DNA of 64,000 bases from Candidatus Levyibacteriota bacterium (GTDB lineage Bacteria > Patescibacteriota > Microgenomatia > Levybacterales > UBA12049). How positions within the stretch are numbered: position 1 is the stretch's first letter; each line of letters starts with the position of its first letter. Where the stretch lies: positions 253,681 to 317,680 of the forward strand of contig CAWBPM010000003.1 in assembly GCA_963790825.1 (NCBI GenBank), given 5' to 3'. The notes under the pieces are model-generated. The model was not told the DNA's origin, searched no databases, and worked only from the letters and a program-made list of their open reading frames with translations. The position numbers were made by a program, and so were the translations under genes. This document shows positions 30,396 to 40,095 of this stretch, one piece after another.

Positions 30396-31127
30396 TTACC
30401 ATCCTTTTGCCACTTCTTCTATTAAGCCACCAAAGTAGCGGACAGTCGGTACAATTGCCATATAATTAAGCCGTACCGGACCGATTACGCCGATTTCTCC
30501 GCCCTGATGAAGCGGTGTTTCATAATGGATAAAGACGAATCCATATGGACCTTTGAGTCTTGTTCCAAGCTCATCCCCCAAAACTATGTGAATCTTTTCG
30601 TCGCTACCGGCATTTTCAAAAATAGATGCAAAACAATCCGATTCGTCAAGCGCTGCCAAAAGGTTTTTCGTAATATCAATATCGAAAAACTCCGGCATTT
30701 CCAAAATATTTGCATAACCGGAACTATACAGATCCCCCTCACCCGACGTAGCAATTGCTAGGGCTCCTGTTTTTTCAGCCAGAGAACGGGTAACTGCTTT
30801 CAGAAATCGTTGCGTGCGCTCGCGAAAGTCCCATACTTTTTCTTTTAATGCCACTTCCTCAACTGTTGAAAGCTGTCTCTCCTTCATCAGTTCGGTGACA
30901 TAAAACTTCATCCCTGCGGGAGTCGGAATTCTGCCTGCCGATGAATGGGGTTTTCTAAGATAGCCAAATTCGGAAAGCCGGACCATTTCGTTGCGGATCG
31001 TTGCCGGAGAGGCGCTTAAATTATGTTTTTTCTCAAGCGTTTCCGATCCTACCGGTTCCGCAGTATCAATATACTCCTCAATGACTGCTTTAACGATTTC
31101 TATTTGCCGCTGCGTTAAATTATGCAT
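30396..31127 (-). CDS. hrcA: heat-inducible transcriptional repressor HrcA
   Basis: LTQRQIEIVKAVIEEYIDTAEPVGSETL...IRNEMVRLSEFGYLRKPHSSAGRIPT wHTH N-domain typical of HrcA; heads the grpE-dnaK operon. Confidence 0.85.
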   Translation of the reverse strand: MHNLTQRQIEIVKAVIEEYIDTAEPVGSETLEKKHNLSASPATIRNEMVRLSEFGYLRKPHSSAGRIPTPAGMKFYVTELMKERQLSTVEEVALKEKVWDFRERTQRFLKAVTRSLAEKTGALAIATSGEGDLYSSGYANILEMPEFFDIDITKNLLAALDESDCFASIFENAGSDEKIHIVLGDELGTRLKGPYGFVFIHYETPLHQGGEIGVIGPVRLNYMAIVPTVRYFGGLIEEVAKGW

Positions 31128-31164
31128 ATTTTTGCTTTTTATACTTCAGGACTAATTAGCAATA

Positions 31165-31193
31165 TATATATCACGACTGCCAAGTGTTGTCAA
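31165..31193 (-). promoter_or_regulatory. sigma-70-like promoter for hrcA operon (TTGACA-17-TATATA on minus strand)
   Basis: Minus-strand -35 TTGACA (31188-31193), 17-nt spacer, -10 TATATA (31165-31170), ~38 nt upstream of hrcA ATG. A 6-2-6 palindrome TTGTCAAGTGACAA (31187-31200) overlaps the -35. Confidence 0.45.
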
Positions 31194-31261
31194 GTGACAA
31201 TTCTACAAGAAGTTTCATTTGACATTTCTTACTCAGTCATGCATGATAAAAAAGAATAATT

Positions 31262-31768
31262 ATGGATCAAAATAACACGCAAGCAAATTCTCAAGCAGCA
31301 CCGGTTGCAACTACTGCGTTTGCGTTAGCAACAGATATGCAGCAAGACAGGAATCAGTACTGGGACAAAGATGCGCTCATGAATGAGCTGCAGCAGAAAC
31401 AGCTTGAAGAAGAAAAGCAAAAACCAAACCTCAGTCCGACGGATAAGCTTACAGATGATGTCGAGCGGGAACTTCTTTTTCATATTATCTGGAATATGCA
31501 CGAAAGTAAACTCTCTCCCGAGGAGGGAGCACGTCTTGCGGAGGAATTCTTAGCTATTCTTCCTGCCAAAGATAAAGAAGAGTTACTGGAAAAGCTAAAT
31601 ATTTTGTCGCAAAAATATAAAGAAGCACAATCGGTCTATCTGAAATATGCAGATGAACAAAATAAAGAGAAGCGGGACGATGCACTACGTCTGATGTCAG
31701 AGCATATTCAAAACGGTAACTTGGAAGAGGCAATACGAGTAGCGAAAGGAGCAACAGCACAATCATGA
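31262..31768 (+). CDS. hypothetical coiled-coil protein
   Basis: 168-aa ORF with an RBS-like GAATAATTATGG context; overlaps next gene by 4 nt (ATGA). Confidence 0.4.
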   Translation: MDQNNTQANSQAAPVATTAFALATDMQQDRNQYWDKDALMNELQQKQLEEEKQKPNLSPTDKLTDDVERELLFHIIWNMHESKLSPEEGARLAEEFLAILPAKDKEELLEKLNILSQKYKEAQSVYLKYADEQNKEKRDDALRLMSEHIQNGNLEEAIRVAKGATAQS

Positions 31769-33987
31769 GCGATGCACTAGCACCAGCAGAAATTGGAGCT
31801 GTTCCAAGACCTGAGGCAGTTAATCCGCCAGTAGCAGGTGAGGTAAAAACCGACGCCGGATCAGTTGCCGCAGCAAACCAGGCAAGATTGGGAATTGGAC
31901 AGGTTAGTGGCATACGCGAAGCATTTTGGAAAATACCCGGTGTTCTACGAAGAGTATCGCGGAGAGAACAAACTCAACCTGGAAATTCTGCAAGTTCTGA
32001 TATGGAGCCGACATCTACTTCTGAACTTCATTTACCTATTCAGCAGACAACGCAACTTGCACAAGAGCGTTTAGCAGAATTGCGGCAGCAAAAAGTAGCA
32101 GAATATGGAGATTATGGCGCACCAAAGCCGAACAATAGTGAAACATCGGAAGTCGCTTCTCCTGACAGCGCCGGGCAGGATCAAGAACAAATTGAACCAG
32201 CCGATTCTTCAGCAGAACCACCTGTTGCAGGAGATGCTGCACCGTCGGATCAAGAACATGTTGAACTAGCAGGCTCCCCAAGTGAACCACTTGTGGCAGA
32301 ATCACCTGCATCAGGGGAACCGGCCCAAGCACATGGAGAACCGAGCGCTCCGGTAGTAGAGCCAGCCGTTATTCCGGATCAACAAACTGCTCGTCAATCT
32401 CGCTTCGGAAAACTTGCTACAAATATTAGGGGTGTATTTAGAGGATCACATAAAAACAATACATATAATTCTGACAAACCCCCTCTTCCGCCTTCTCATG
32501 AAGGACAAACCATTAACGCAAGAATGGATCATGCTCGGGATAATCCGAGTGGAACTGATATTTCAAATGAAGGGTTACTTATTAATAAGGGTATGCCAGA
32601 GTTCACAGACGAGCAGAGAGCAAAATGGGAAGGAGAACTGGTCGATGCGCCGCAACCGAAATACAAAGTACAGATGAAAGATGGAGAGCCGGTTAAGGAT
32701 GAAGATGGCACCCTTGTTTTGGAGAAAGATGAGAATGGTAATTTTGTTATGGAAACGGACGAGCGGGGTAATCCGGTTTGGCGAAGAGATGAAAGTGGTA
32801 ATGTAATCATGGAAAAAGTATCGCCTCTTGTCAGGTTACAAAGAATGTCCCCTGTCTTAAAAACGGAACCACCAGCTGGAGCAGTAGCTACTGAAGCAGC
32901 AGCAGCCCCAAGAGGAGTTCAAGAACCTCCTGCAGTCGGCGAACAAACAGATATAACTCCACAACCAAGTTCTGAAGAAGCAGATGTTTCATCAACCGTA
33001 GAGCCGGTACAACCGGTAAGTCCAGAGGTTGCCGCTCAGCCTTTAGCAGCAAGCGATGAAGAGCATCCAGAAGATCCTGCTATTACAACTCCTGTAGTTT
33101 CAGCGCCCGGTGAGCAAGATGTCGCTCAACAACCAGTTGCTGGTGCTCCTGAAACAGGAGATATTCATGTTGATGATCAAGATGTTGTTGGAACAAATCA
33201 AAATCTTACTGCTGATATGGGTGAAGCTGCTGGCCAAGGACTTGCAGAGGATGAATCTCCAGGACTTGGGGATGTAAATCAAGCGGATAGAGACAGAGCG
33301 CAAGAAGCAGCTGATAACAGTCAGCAACCAGAACAAGATTCTCGTGCGCAAGAGATCCAGGCTTTACATGACAGAATCTTAAGTCTCGAGCAAACATTAC
33401 AGCAGGCGTCAAATCAGTTTGGAGAACTAAAAGTTGGAATCGCTCAAAGAGATGAGGCAATTACCGCGTTGCATAATCGGATATCTGCATTGGAGAAACA
33501 AATGAAGCCACAAGACGGAGAGCCAACCACCACCGAATCATCAGAGCCCGAAGCTGCATCTTCTTCTAATGGTCACACAGTTACCACATTAGAAGATCTT
33601 GGCCCCGTAGTTACAGTAAGTGGAACTACTGAGCCTTCTGCTCCCGCTGCTGCAAGAGAAAATGGTGCTGTTTCAGGTAGAGAAAGTGAAACGCCGGCAG
33701 AAATGACTGTCGGGCAGCAACTTGATTCGGAACTTGGGAAGTATCCTGACATGGCGAAAGCATTGGCAGAAGCGATGAAGAATCCGACAGAAGAAAATAT
33801 GAAAAAGTTTAGTGAAGAACTTATGAAGGCATTAGGCGGAACCAAAACTGAAGGTGGAACAAGTGAGGAAGCATTAAATGCTAAAAAGGATTCAAGATTC
33901 CTTTTCCTTCTCAAACTTCTGATGGAAGGAGCTGCAGTCGGATTATTTGGCGCAATAACATCTACAGCTCAGCAAAAACAGAGATGA
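31765..33987 (+). CDS. hypothetical acidic, Pro/Glu/Ala-rich largely disordered protein with coiled-coil segment and C-terminal hydrophobic helix
   Basis: 740 aa; GC-richer than surroundings; short DxxGxxV tandem units (KDGEPVKDEDGTLVLEKDENGNFVMETDERGNPVWRRDESGNVIMEK); coiled coil QALHDRILSLEQTLQQ...ALHNRISALEKQ; C-terminal LLMEGAAVGLFGAITS. Confidence 0.45.
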   Translation: MSDALAPAEIGAVPRPEAVNPPVAGEVKTDAGSVAAANQARLGIGQVSGIREAFWKIPGVLRRVSRREQTQPGNSASSDMEPTSTSELHLPIQQTTQLAQERLAELRQQKVAEYGDYGAPKPNNSETSEVASPDSAGQDQEQIEPADSSAEPPVAGDAAPSDQEHVELAGSPSEPLVAESPASGEPAQAHGEPSAPVVEPAVIPDQQTARQSRFGKLATNIRGVFRGSHKNNTYNSDKPPLPPSHEGQTINARMDHARDNPSGTDISNEGLLINKGMPEFTDEQRAKWEGELVDAPQPKYKVQMKDGEPVKDEDGTLVLEKDENGNFVMETDERGNPVWRRDESGNVIMEKVSPLVRLQRMSPVLKTEPPAGAVATEAAAAPRGVQEPPAVGEQTDITPQPSSEEADVSSTVEPVQPVSPEVAAQPLAASDEEHPEDPAITTPVVSAPGEQDVAQQPVAGAPETGDIHVDDQDVVGTNQNLTADMGEAAGQGLAEDESPGLGDVNQADRDRAQEAADNSQQPEQDSRAQEIQALHDRILSLEQTLQQASNQFGELKVGIAQRDEAITALHNRISALEKQMKPQDGEPTTTESSEPEAASSSNGHTVTTLEDLGPVVTVSGTTEPSAPAAARENGAVSGRESETPAEMTVGQQLDSELGKYPDMAKALAEAMKNPTEENMKKFSEELMKALGGTKTEGGTSEEALNAKKDSRFLFLLKLLMEGAAVGLFGAITSTAQQKQR

Positions 33988-34033
33988 GAGTAAAGGCAAG
34001 AATTTTTAGATTTAATTTCCCGTAACTTCTCTT

Positions 34034-34441
34034 ATGCCACCTGAATCTAAAAATATATTGATTAGATCAAAAAGACAAGATAATTATGTGACGAAAAAGC
34101 GGTCGATTGTATCTCTTTTTTTTAGCATCATTATACTGGGACTTTTTCTTTTTTTGGTTTTTTTATTTCCTCCCGACCAAAAGCTTTCTCTGCCTTTTCA
34201 ATCTATTTATATTCCATCACTTCCCGTATTTTTTCTTCTCATATTTTTATTTCTCGCGACACTGATTATCTATCTTTTTCGAAGTTTGATACATGGTGTG
34301 TTAATAGGTCTTTTTGTTGTTTCTTATCTACTTCTTCGTTTAAATAATTTAACCCAGCCGTTTTTTCTTTTAATTTTAGCTTTAATGTTTTTGCTTCTTG
34401 AATTTTTGTTCTATCAGAAAAAGAAACAAACACCCAGGTAG
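34034..34441 (+). CDS. small polytopic membrane protein, hypothetical
   Basis: 135-aa ORF, 3-4 predicted TM helices, immediately upstream of metG. Confidence 0.35.
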   Translation: MPPESKNILIRSKRQDNYVTKKRSIVSLFFSIIILGLFLFLVFLFPPDQKLSLPFQSIYIPSLPVFFLLIFLFLATLIIYLFRSLIHGVLIGLFVVSYLLLRLNNLTQPFFLLILALMFLLLEFLFYQKKKQTPR

Positions 34442-34477
34442 CTTGGAAGAAGTTCTACTCTCTGCTACAATTGCTGC

Positions 34478-35938
34478 ATGGCAAATAAATTTTATATCAC
34501 GACAGCTATTCCCTATGTAAATGCCAAACCGCATATCGGTCATGCACTGGAATTTGTCCAGGGAGATGTCATTGCCCGGTACCAGAAGTTACTTGGCAAT
34601 GATGTTTTGTTTCTTTCAGGGGGAGACGAAAATGCACTCAAAAATGTTCAGGCAGCAGGAAACGCAGGTATGCCCGTCCAAGAATTTATCGATCAAAATA
34701 CGCAGCTGTTTGTGGATTTAGCAAAAAAACTTAACGTGCAATTTGATGTTTTTCAAAAAGGCAGTGATAGGGAACATCATTTTCCCTCGTCGCAAAAACT
34801 TTGGGAATTATGCATTCAAAACGGCGATATTTATAAAAAGAAATACAAGGGATTGTATTGTGTCGGTTGTGAACTTTTCTATACGAAAGGTGAACTGGAT
34901 GAAAACGGAGAATGCTTTGAACATTCCGGCAAGCCGCTTGAAGAAGTTGAAGAAGAAAATTATTTTTTCCGTCTTTCAAAATATACGGATCAAATTCTTA
35001 AGCTACTAGAAACAAATATGCTGGAAATTGTCCCTGATTTTCGCAGAAACGAAGTGTTGGCGTTTGTAAAAAAAGGACTTTCGGATATCAGTATTTCGCG
35101 TTCGAATGAAAGGGCGAAGAATTGGGGAGTTCCGGTTCCAGGTGATGACTCACAACGGCTTTATGTTTGGTTTGATGCGCTAAATATTTACCAAAGCGGT
35201 GTTGGATTTGGCTGGAACGGAGAAAAATATAAAAAATGGTGGCCTGCAGATTTACATGTGATTGGAAAAGGCATCATCAGGTTTCATGCAGTGTATTGGC
35301 CTGCATTTTTACTTTCTGCTCATTTGGAACTGCCGAAAAAACTTTTCGTGCATGAATATTTCACTGTGAACGGTCAAAAAATGTCCAAAACACTGGGAAA
35401 TGTTTTTGATCCGTTACCTCTTCTTGAGAAATATGGCGCTGATCCCCTGCGTTATTACTGTTTAGCTAAGATTTCCCCTTTTCAGGACGGCGATTTCTCA
35501 GAAGAAAAATTTATTGAGAGCTATAATGCCGACCTGGCAAATGGGCTGGGTAATTTGGTTGCCCGCGTTGCCAAACTGTGCGAAAAGTATGATATAGATA
35601 CGACTGGTATTATGAGCCATGCTACAAAAACAAAATTATTTGATGAAAAAATAAAACCACTGCTTGAAGACTTTCGTTTTAATTACGCATTAGATATTAT
35701 TTGGGATTCTATTAAAACTTTGGATCAATATATCAATCAGGAGAAACCCTGGCAGCAGGAATTAGATACAGCAACAAAAACATTGAGTAATATTATTATT
35801 GGAACCGGTTCAGTTGCTTCATTACTTGAAATTGCTTATGGCTTGCAACCATTTATGCCGGAGACTGCAGAAAAAATCTTAGAGCAATTTAAAGGAGCGA
35901 AAATTAAAGCTGAAAAACCGTTATTCCCCAGAATTTAA
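34478..35938 (+). CDS. metG: methionyl-tRNA synthetase (short form)
   Basis: AIPYVNAKPHIGHALE (HIGH), CVGCELFY...ECFEHSG zinc knuckle, KMSKTLGNV (KMSKS). Confidence 0.9.
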   Translation: MANKFYITTAIPYVNAKPHIGHALEFVQGDVIARYQKLLGNDVLFLSGGDENALKNVQAAGNAGMPVQEFIDQNTQLFVDLAKKLNVQFDVFQKGSDREHHFPSSQKLWELCIQNGDIYKKKYKGLYCVGCELFYTKGELDENGECFEHSGKPLEEVEEENYFFRLSKYTDQILKLLETNMLEIVPDFRRNEVLAFVKKGLSDISISRSNERAKNWGVPVPGDDSQRLYVWFDALNIYQSGVGFGWNGEKYKKWWPADLHVIGKGIIRFHAVYWPAFLLSAHLELPKKLFVHEYFTVNGQKMSKTLGNVFDPLPLLEKYGADPLRYYCLAKISPFQDGDFSEEKFIESYNADLANGLGNLVARVAKLCEKYDIDTTGIMSHATKTKLFDEKIKPLLEDFRFNYALDIIWDSIKTLDQYINQEKPWQQELDTATKTLSNIIIGTGSVASLLEIAYGLQPFMPETAEKILEQFKGAKIKAEKPLFPRI

Positions 35939-35955
35939 GAGAATATAATACGTTT

Positions 35956-36774
35956 ATGATTGATGTGCATTGTCATTTGAATTTCCAGGCGTTTGAAAAA
36001 GATGTAGACGTCGTAATCAAACGCGCATTCGCAAAAGGAGTAACAAAAATTGTTAATGTCGGGACCAAATTGGATTCGAGTAGAGCTGCTGTGGATTTGG
36101 CTGACAAATATGAAAATTTGTATGCAATTGTCGGTGTGCATCCGCATCATGCCGACAAGATAACACTCGAAAGTGATTGGCTGAAAGAACTGGAAGAAAT
36201 CGCCAAGCATGCGAAAGTCTTAGGGATCGGCGAAATCGGTATGGATTACTACAGTTACTCTTCTAACGGCATTGTTAACCCAAAGCTGCAAAGAGAAACA
36301 TTTGAAGCGCAAATCGAACTGGCGCACCGGCTCGGCCTTCCGTTGCAAATTCATCATCGACAGGTAGGGCAGGAACTTATAGATATTCTAAGTCAGCACA
36401 AAAATCTTTTACAAACTATTCCTGGTATGTTTCATTGCTTCGCGGGCAGTAAAGATTTTCTAAAACAGGCATTAAACCTGGGATTTTATATCGGTTTTGA
36501 CGGCAACAGTACCTATCCGGGACTTGCCAAAGGCGAGACAACCGAGCTTAAGGAAATCGTCAAATATACGCCGCTTGATAGGATACTGGTTGAGACGGAC
36601 AGCCCGTACCTTGCACCGATTCCTCACCGCGGAGAGAGAAATGAACCTGGTTATGTTATAATCACAGGACAATTTCTAGCAGAGTTAAAAGAAGTGCCGT
36701 TTGAAAATTTGCTAGAAGAAACTAGCAAGAACGTCTATACTGTCTTTAGCAGGATAAATAGAAACAAACTATGA
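35956..36774 (+). CDS. tatD: TatD-family metal-dependent hydrolase/DNase
   Basis: MIDVHCHLNF...VGVHPHHA...GEIGMDYY...LQIHHRQ...ETDSPYLAP TatD signature histidines/aspartates; typical metG-tatD linkage. Confidence 0.85.
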   Translation: MIDVHCHLNFQAFEKDVDVVIKRAFAKGVTKIVNVGTKLDSSRAAVDLADKYENLYAIVGVHPHHADKITLESDWLKELEEIAKHAKVLGIGEIGMDYYSYSSNGIVNPKLQRETFEAQIELAHRLGLPLQIHHRQVGQELIDILSQHKNLLQTIPGMFHCFAGSKDFLKQALNLGFYIGFDGNSTYPGLAKGETTELKEIVKYTPLDRILVETDSPYLAPIPHRGERNEPGYVIITGQFLAELKEVPFENLLEETSKNVYTVFSRINRNKL

Positions 36775-38264
36775 CAGAGTTTTTTGATCGTTTGTTTAGC
36801 AAATATCCGCGTAGAACCCGCCGCACCCTGGAACTCCTGCCGGGCATTTTGTCGTGGACACTTATTCTCTTTCCTCTTTGGGGTTCATTTTTTATACCTA
36901 CGGTACTCGCTTACTTTATTCTTTTCTTTGATGTTTATTGGTTTTATAAATCATTTTCTCTCGTCATTTTTACTTCCATTGCTACCAAAAAAATAAAAAG
37001 CGCGGAATCATTAAGTTGGTACGATAAAGCGCAAAAATTACCAGGGGTTGATAAAGTTAATCATGTTATTATTCTGCCAAACTACAATGAAAATCTTTAT
37101 AAACTGCACGCGACACTTTTTCAATTGACGAAACAAACTTTTCCCACAAAAAAGATTCATATTGTTTTAGCAATGGAAGGCAGGGAAAAAGAAGCTAAGG
37201 AAAAAGCAGAAGCATTAATTGCGGAGTTTAAGCCATTTTTCGCCAATATTTTTGCCACGTTTCACCCTGATGTCGTTGGTGAGGTAAAAGGTAAATCGTC
37301 AAATGAAGCGCATGCCGGACGGATTGTCTATGAGAAGCTGGTTGAACACGGACCGCTTGATATTAATTTTACAACTATTTCTGCAGTTGATGCCGATTCG
37401 CTTTTTGACAAACAGTATTTTTCCTATTTAACCTACTCGTTTTTAACTGATGAGAAGCGCTATAACAAATTTTGGCAGTCCGCAATCGTCTTCTATAATA
37501 ATATCTGGTCTGTTCCGGCTCCGACCCGAATTATTTCTTTCTTCGGTAGTCTTTGGCGGATCGCGCTTCTGGTCCAGGGAGACAGACTCCTCACTCATGC
37601 CACGTATTCTCTTTCGTTTAAGCTATTGAAAGACACTAATTTTTGGGATATTGACGTTATTCCTGAAGATTACCGCATCTTTTTTAAAGCATTTTATTCT
37701 CATAAAGGGCAAATCTGGGTTGAGCCGATTTTTCTTAAAACTTCTGTCGATGCCGCACTTTCTTCAGGCTACATTAATAGTTTAAAAAATAAGTATCAGC
37801 AGGAAAGACGTTGGAGCTGGGGTGTATCGGATCAGCCGCTTTTCATTAAGTGGTGGCTTACAGTTCCTGAGATGCCGTTTGTCAGAAAAACGATTCTGCT
37901 TTATGAAGTTTTCCTGGATCATCTGCTTTGGCCTGTCAACTGGTTTATTATTACCGTGGCAGCCAATGCAATGCCTATTATTAATCCTGTCTATTCGCGA
38001 ACAGCTTTGGGCTATAGTCTTCCCCGCCTGGCGGGACTCATTCTCACAACTACCGTCCTGGCTATTTTTGCTATGCTGTATCTTGACGGTAAAAATCGGG
38101 CGCAAAAAATTCCTTTACCCTGGTATCGAAAAATGCTTTTCCCGTTTGAATTTATTCTTATGCCGATCATCGGTTTTTTCCTTTCCGCGCTGCCGTCTCT
38201 CATTTCTCATACACAATTGATGTTTGGGAAACGGATGGAATATAAAGTTACCGAAAAAGTATGA
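36771..38264 (+). CDS. processive family-2 glycosyltransferase (cellulose/chitin-synthase-like membrane GT2)
   Basis: ILPNYNE, SAVDADSLF (DxD), IPEDYRIFF (ED), YQQERRWSWG (QxxRW) plus N- and C-terminal TM helices. Confidence 0.6.
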   Translation: MTEFFDRLFSKYPRRTRRTLELLPGILSWTLILFPLWGSFFIPTVLAYFILFFDVYWFYKSFSLVIFTSIATKKIKSAESLSWYDKAQKLPGVDKVNHVIILPNYNENLYKLHATLFQLTKQTFPTKKIHIVLAMEGREKEAKEKAEALIAEFKPFFANIFATFHPDVVGEVKGKSSNEAHAGRIVYEKLVEHGPLDINFTTISAVDADSLFDKQYFSYLTYSFLTDEKRYNKFWQSAIVFYNNIWSVPAPTRIISFFGSLWRIALLVQGDRLLTHATYSLSFKLLKDTNFWDIDVIPEDYRIFFKAFYSHKGQIWVEPIFLKTSVDAALSSGYINSLKNKYQQERRWSWGVSDQPLFIKWWLTVPEMPFVRKTILLYEVFLDHLLWPVNWFIITVAANAMPIINPVYSRTALGYSLPRLAGLILTTTVLAIFAMLYLDGKNRAQKIPLPWYRKMLFPFEFILMPIIGFFLSALPSLISHTQLMFGKRMEYKVTEKV

Positions 38265-39757
38265 AAATTCTAGCCAAGCTTGAGAAACGAATTGATGTAT
38301 GGTTTTTACTGATTGCTTCTTTTTTATTTTTTCTTCTCCGCTTTCCCTCGCTTTTTGAACCCTATTGGTATGGAGATGAGGGAATTTATGAAGTTATCGG
38401 GCAGGCCATAAGAGCAGGACGATTACTTTACGCGGGGATTTGGGACAACAAACCTCCTATGCTTTATATTTTCTATGCGCTTTTTGCAAGTTCCCAATTT
38501 GGCATCAGATTAGTATCTCTTCTTTTCGGAATTGGGGCAATGATTGTTTTTTTCTATTTGTCAAAAAAACTATTTTTGAGCCAGAGAATCAGCATGATAA
38601 CGACATCTGTTTTTGCTCTTCTTTTCGCACTCCCCGTTCTTGAAGGCAATATAGCCAACGCGGAAAATTTTATGCTCCTGCCGATTATTCTGGCAGCATT
38701 ACTTATTTGCACACAACAATTTAAGAATAAAAGCGAAAAATTCTCAATTCTTTTATCTGCCGGTTTTCTGGTAGGAATCGCATTTTTATTTAAAATTGTT
38801 GCAATTTTTGATTTTAGCGCTTTTTTCATCTTTCTTTTCTTTCTCAGTATTCCGGAAAAACTGTCTTTTTCGGATATAAAGCGGCACGGATTTACTTATT
38901 TGCTTTCTTTTATCGCCAGGGTCTTGCCTTTCGTTCTCGGATTTTTTCTGCCCATTCTGATAACGGTACTCTTTTTTGTCGCAAAAGGAGCTTTTTCCGA
39001 TTTTTTCCGTGCAACTTTTTCCAGTAATGTCGGTTATGTCGGTTATGGCAATAACTTTCTCTTTCCCCAAGGTCTCTTGGTATTGAAGCTTATCGCGCTG
39101 TCCGGTTTTGTATTATTCTTGTTCTACAGAAGGTCCGCTCTTTCCAAAGGAACGATATTTATTCTGCTCTGGAGTGCATTTTCACTTTTTAATCTCTTTT
39201 TTTCTCAACGACCGTATACCCATTACATGCTGGTTTTTCTCCCCTGCTTCAGCTTATCGGTTGGCTTCTTATTTCTGAGGCAAAGAATGCGTTTGATTCT
39301 AATTTTTATCCTTATTATAGTCGTTTGGCTTATCGCTACGCATTTTGATTTTTACGGAAATAAAAAGGCTGTCATGTATTATCAAAATTTTGTATCTTTC
39401 GTAACGGGTCAAAAAAGCACAGAAAAATACCAAGCGTTTTTTGATCAAAAAACGCCCCGGGATTATGAAATCGCAAGTTATCTTAAACTGTATACCCATC
39501 CTCTTGAGACGATTTTTATCTGGGGAAACAGCGCACAAATTTATGTACTCTCGGATACGTTGCCGGTGGGACGCTATACTGTGGCGTATCATATTTCGGA
39601 TCAGAAATCACGAGCAGAAACAGCAAATGATCTAATGACAAAAAAAGCAAAATATATTGTTCTACTGCCTGACGTTGGTCCGTTTCCCTTTTCTCTCAGC
39701 GGGTATACGCTAAAAACCATACTTTCGGGCAGCACTATTTATGAACGGATTTATTAG
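38261..39757 (+). CDS. GT-C fold glycosyltransferase (ArnT/PMT-like, polyprenyl-phospho-sugar dependent)
   Basis: ~12 TM helices; first extracytoplasmic loop YWYGDEGIYEVIGQ...WDNKPPMLY resembles the DE-containing loop of ArnT/PMT (GT83/GT39). Confidence 0.55.
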   Translation: MKILAKLEKRIDVWFLLIASFLFFLLRFPSLFEPYWYGDEGIYEVIGQAIRAGRLLYAGIWDNKPPMLYIFYALFASSQFGIRLVSLLFGIGAMIVFFYLSKKLFLSQRISMITTSVFALLFALPVLEGNIANAENFMLLPIILAALLICTQQFKNKSEKFSILLSAGFLVGIAFLFKIVAIFDFSAFFIFLFFLSIPEKLSFSDIKRHGFTYLLSFIARVLPFVLGFFLPILITVLFFVAKGAFSDFFRATFSSNVGYVGYGNNFLFPQGLLVLKLIALSGFVLFLFYRRSALSKGTIFILLWSAFSLFNLFFSQRPYTHYMLVFLPCFSLSVGFLFLRQRMRLILIFILIIVVWLIATHFDFYGNKKAVMYYQNFVSFVTGQKSTEKYQAFFDQKTPRDYEIASYLKLYTHPLETIFIWGNSAQIYVLSDTLPVGRYTVAYHISDQKSRAETANDLMTKKAKYIVLLPDVGPFPFSLSGYTLKTILSGSTIYERIY

Positions 39758-40094
39758 AACGATTGCCTCTGATAGAATTCTAAGACTTGCCAATAGTATG
39801 GCGATGTTTTTCTTGCTTGTCATGTTCGGGTTGCTATTATTTTTTTATCCGAAGCTTCCTCCCTTCGTACCTCTGTTTAACCAACTACCCTGGGGAGAAG
39901 CACGGCTTGGCAGGCAATATGAAATACTACTTCCGATTCTTATCACTGCTGTTCTTCTGCTTTTTAACATGATTGTGTCGGGTCTGACGCATGAAAAAAT
40001 GCCTTTGGTATCGCGAATTATCGCGATCACCTCTTTTCTGGTTAGTTTTCTTATGCTTATTTTTATTATCAGGACATTGCTGTTAATTCTATAA
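39741..40094 (+). CDS. small membrane protein (possible GtrA-like accessory), hypothetical
   Basis: 117-aa ORF with 3-4 TM helices; overlaps upstream GT-C gene end and ends 1 nt before the WecA-family gene. Confidence 0.35.
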   Translation: MNGFIRTIASDRILRLANSMAMFFLLVMFGLLLFFYPKLPPFVPLFNQLPWGEARLGRQYEILLPILITAVLLLFNMIVSGLTHEKMPLVSRIIAITSFLVSFLMLIFIIRTLLLIL

Positions 40095-40095
40095 T

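Noticed and set aside
31128-31165. Expected CIRCE (HrcA operator) in hrcA 5' region
   Set aside because: No TTAGCACTC-N9-GAGTGCTAA-like inverted repeat could be found by eye; only the promoter-overlapping TTGTCAAGTGACAA palindrome is reported.
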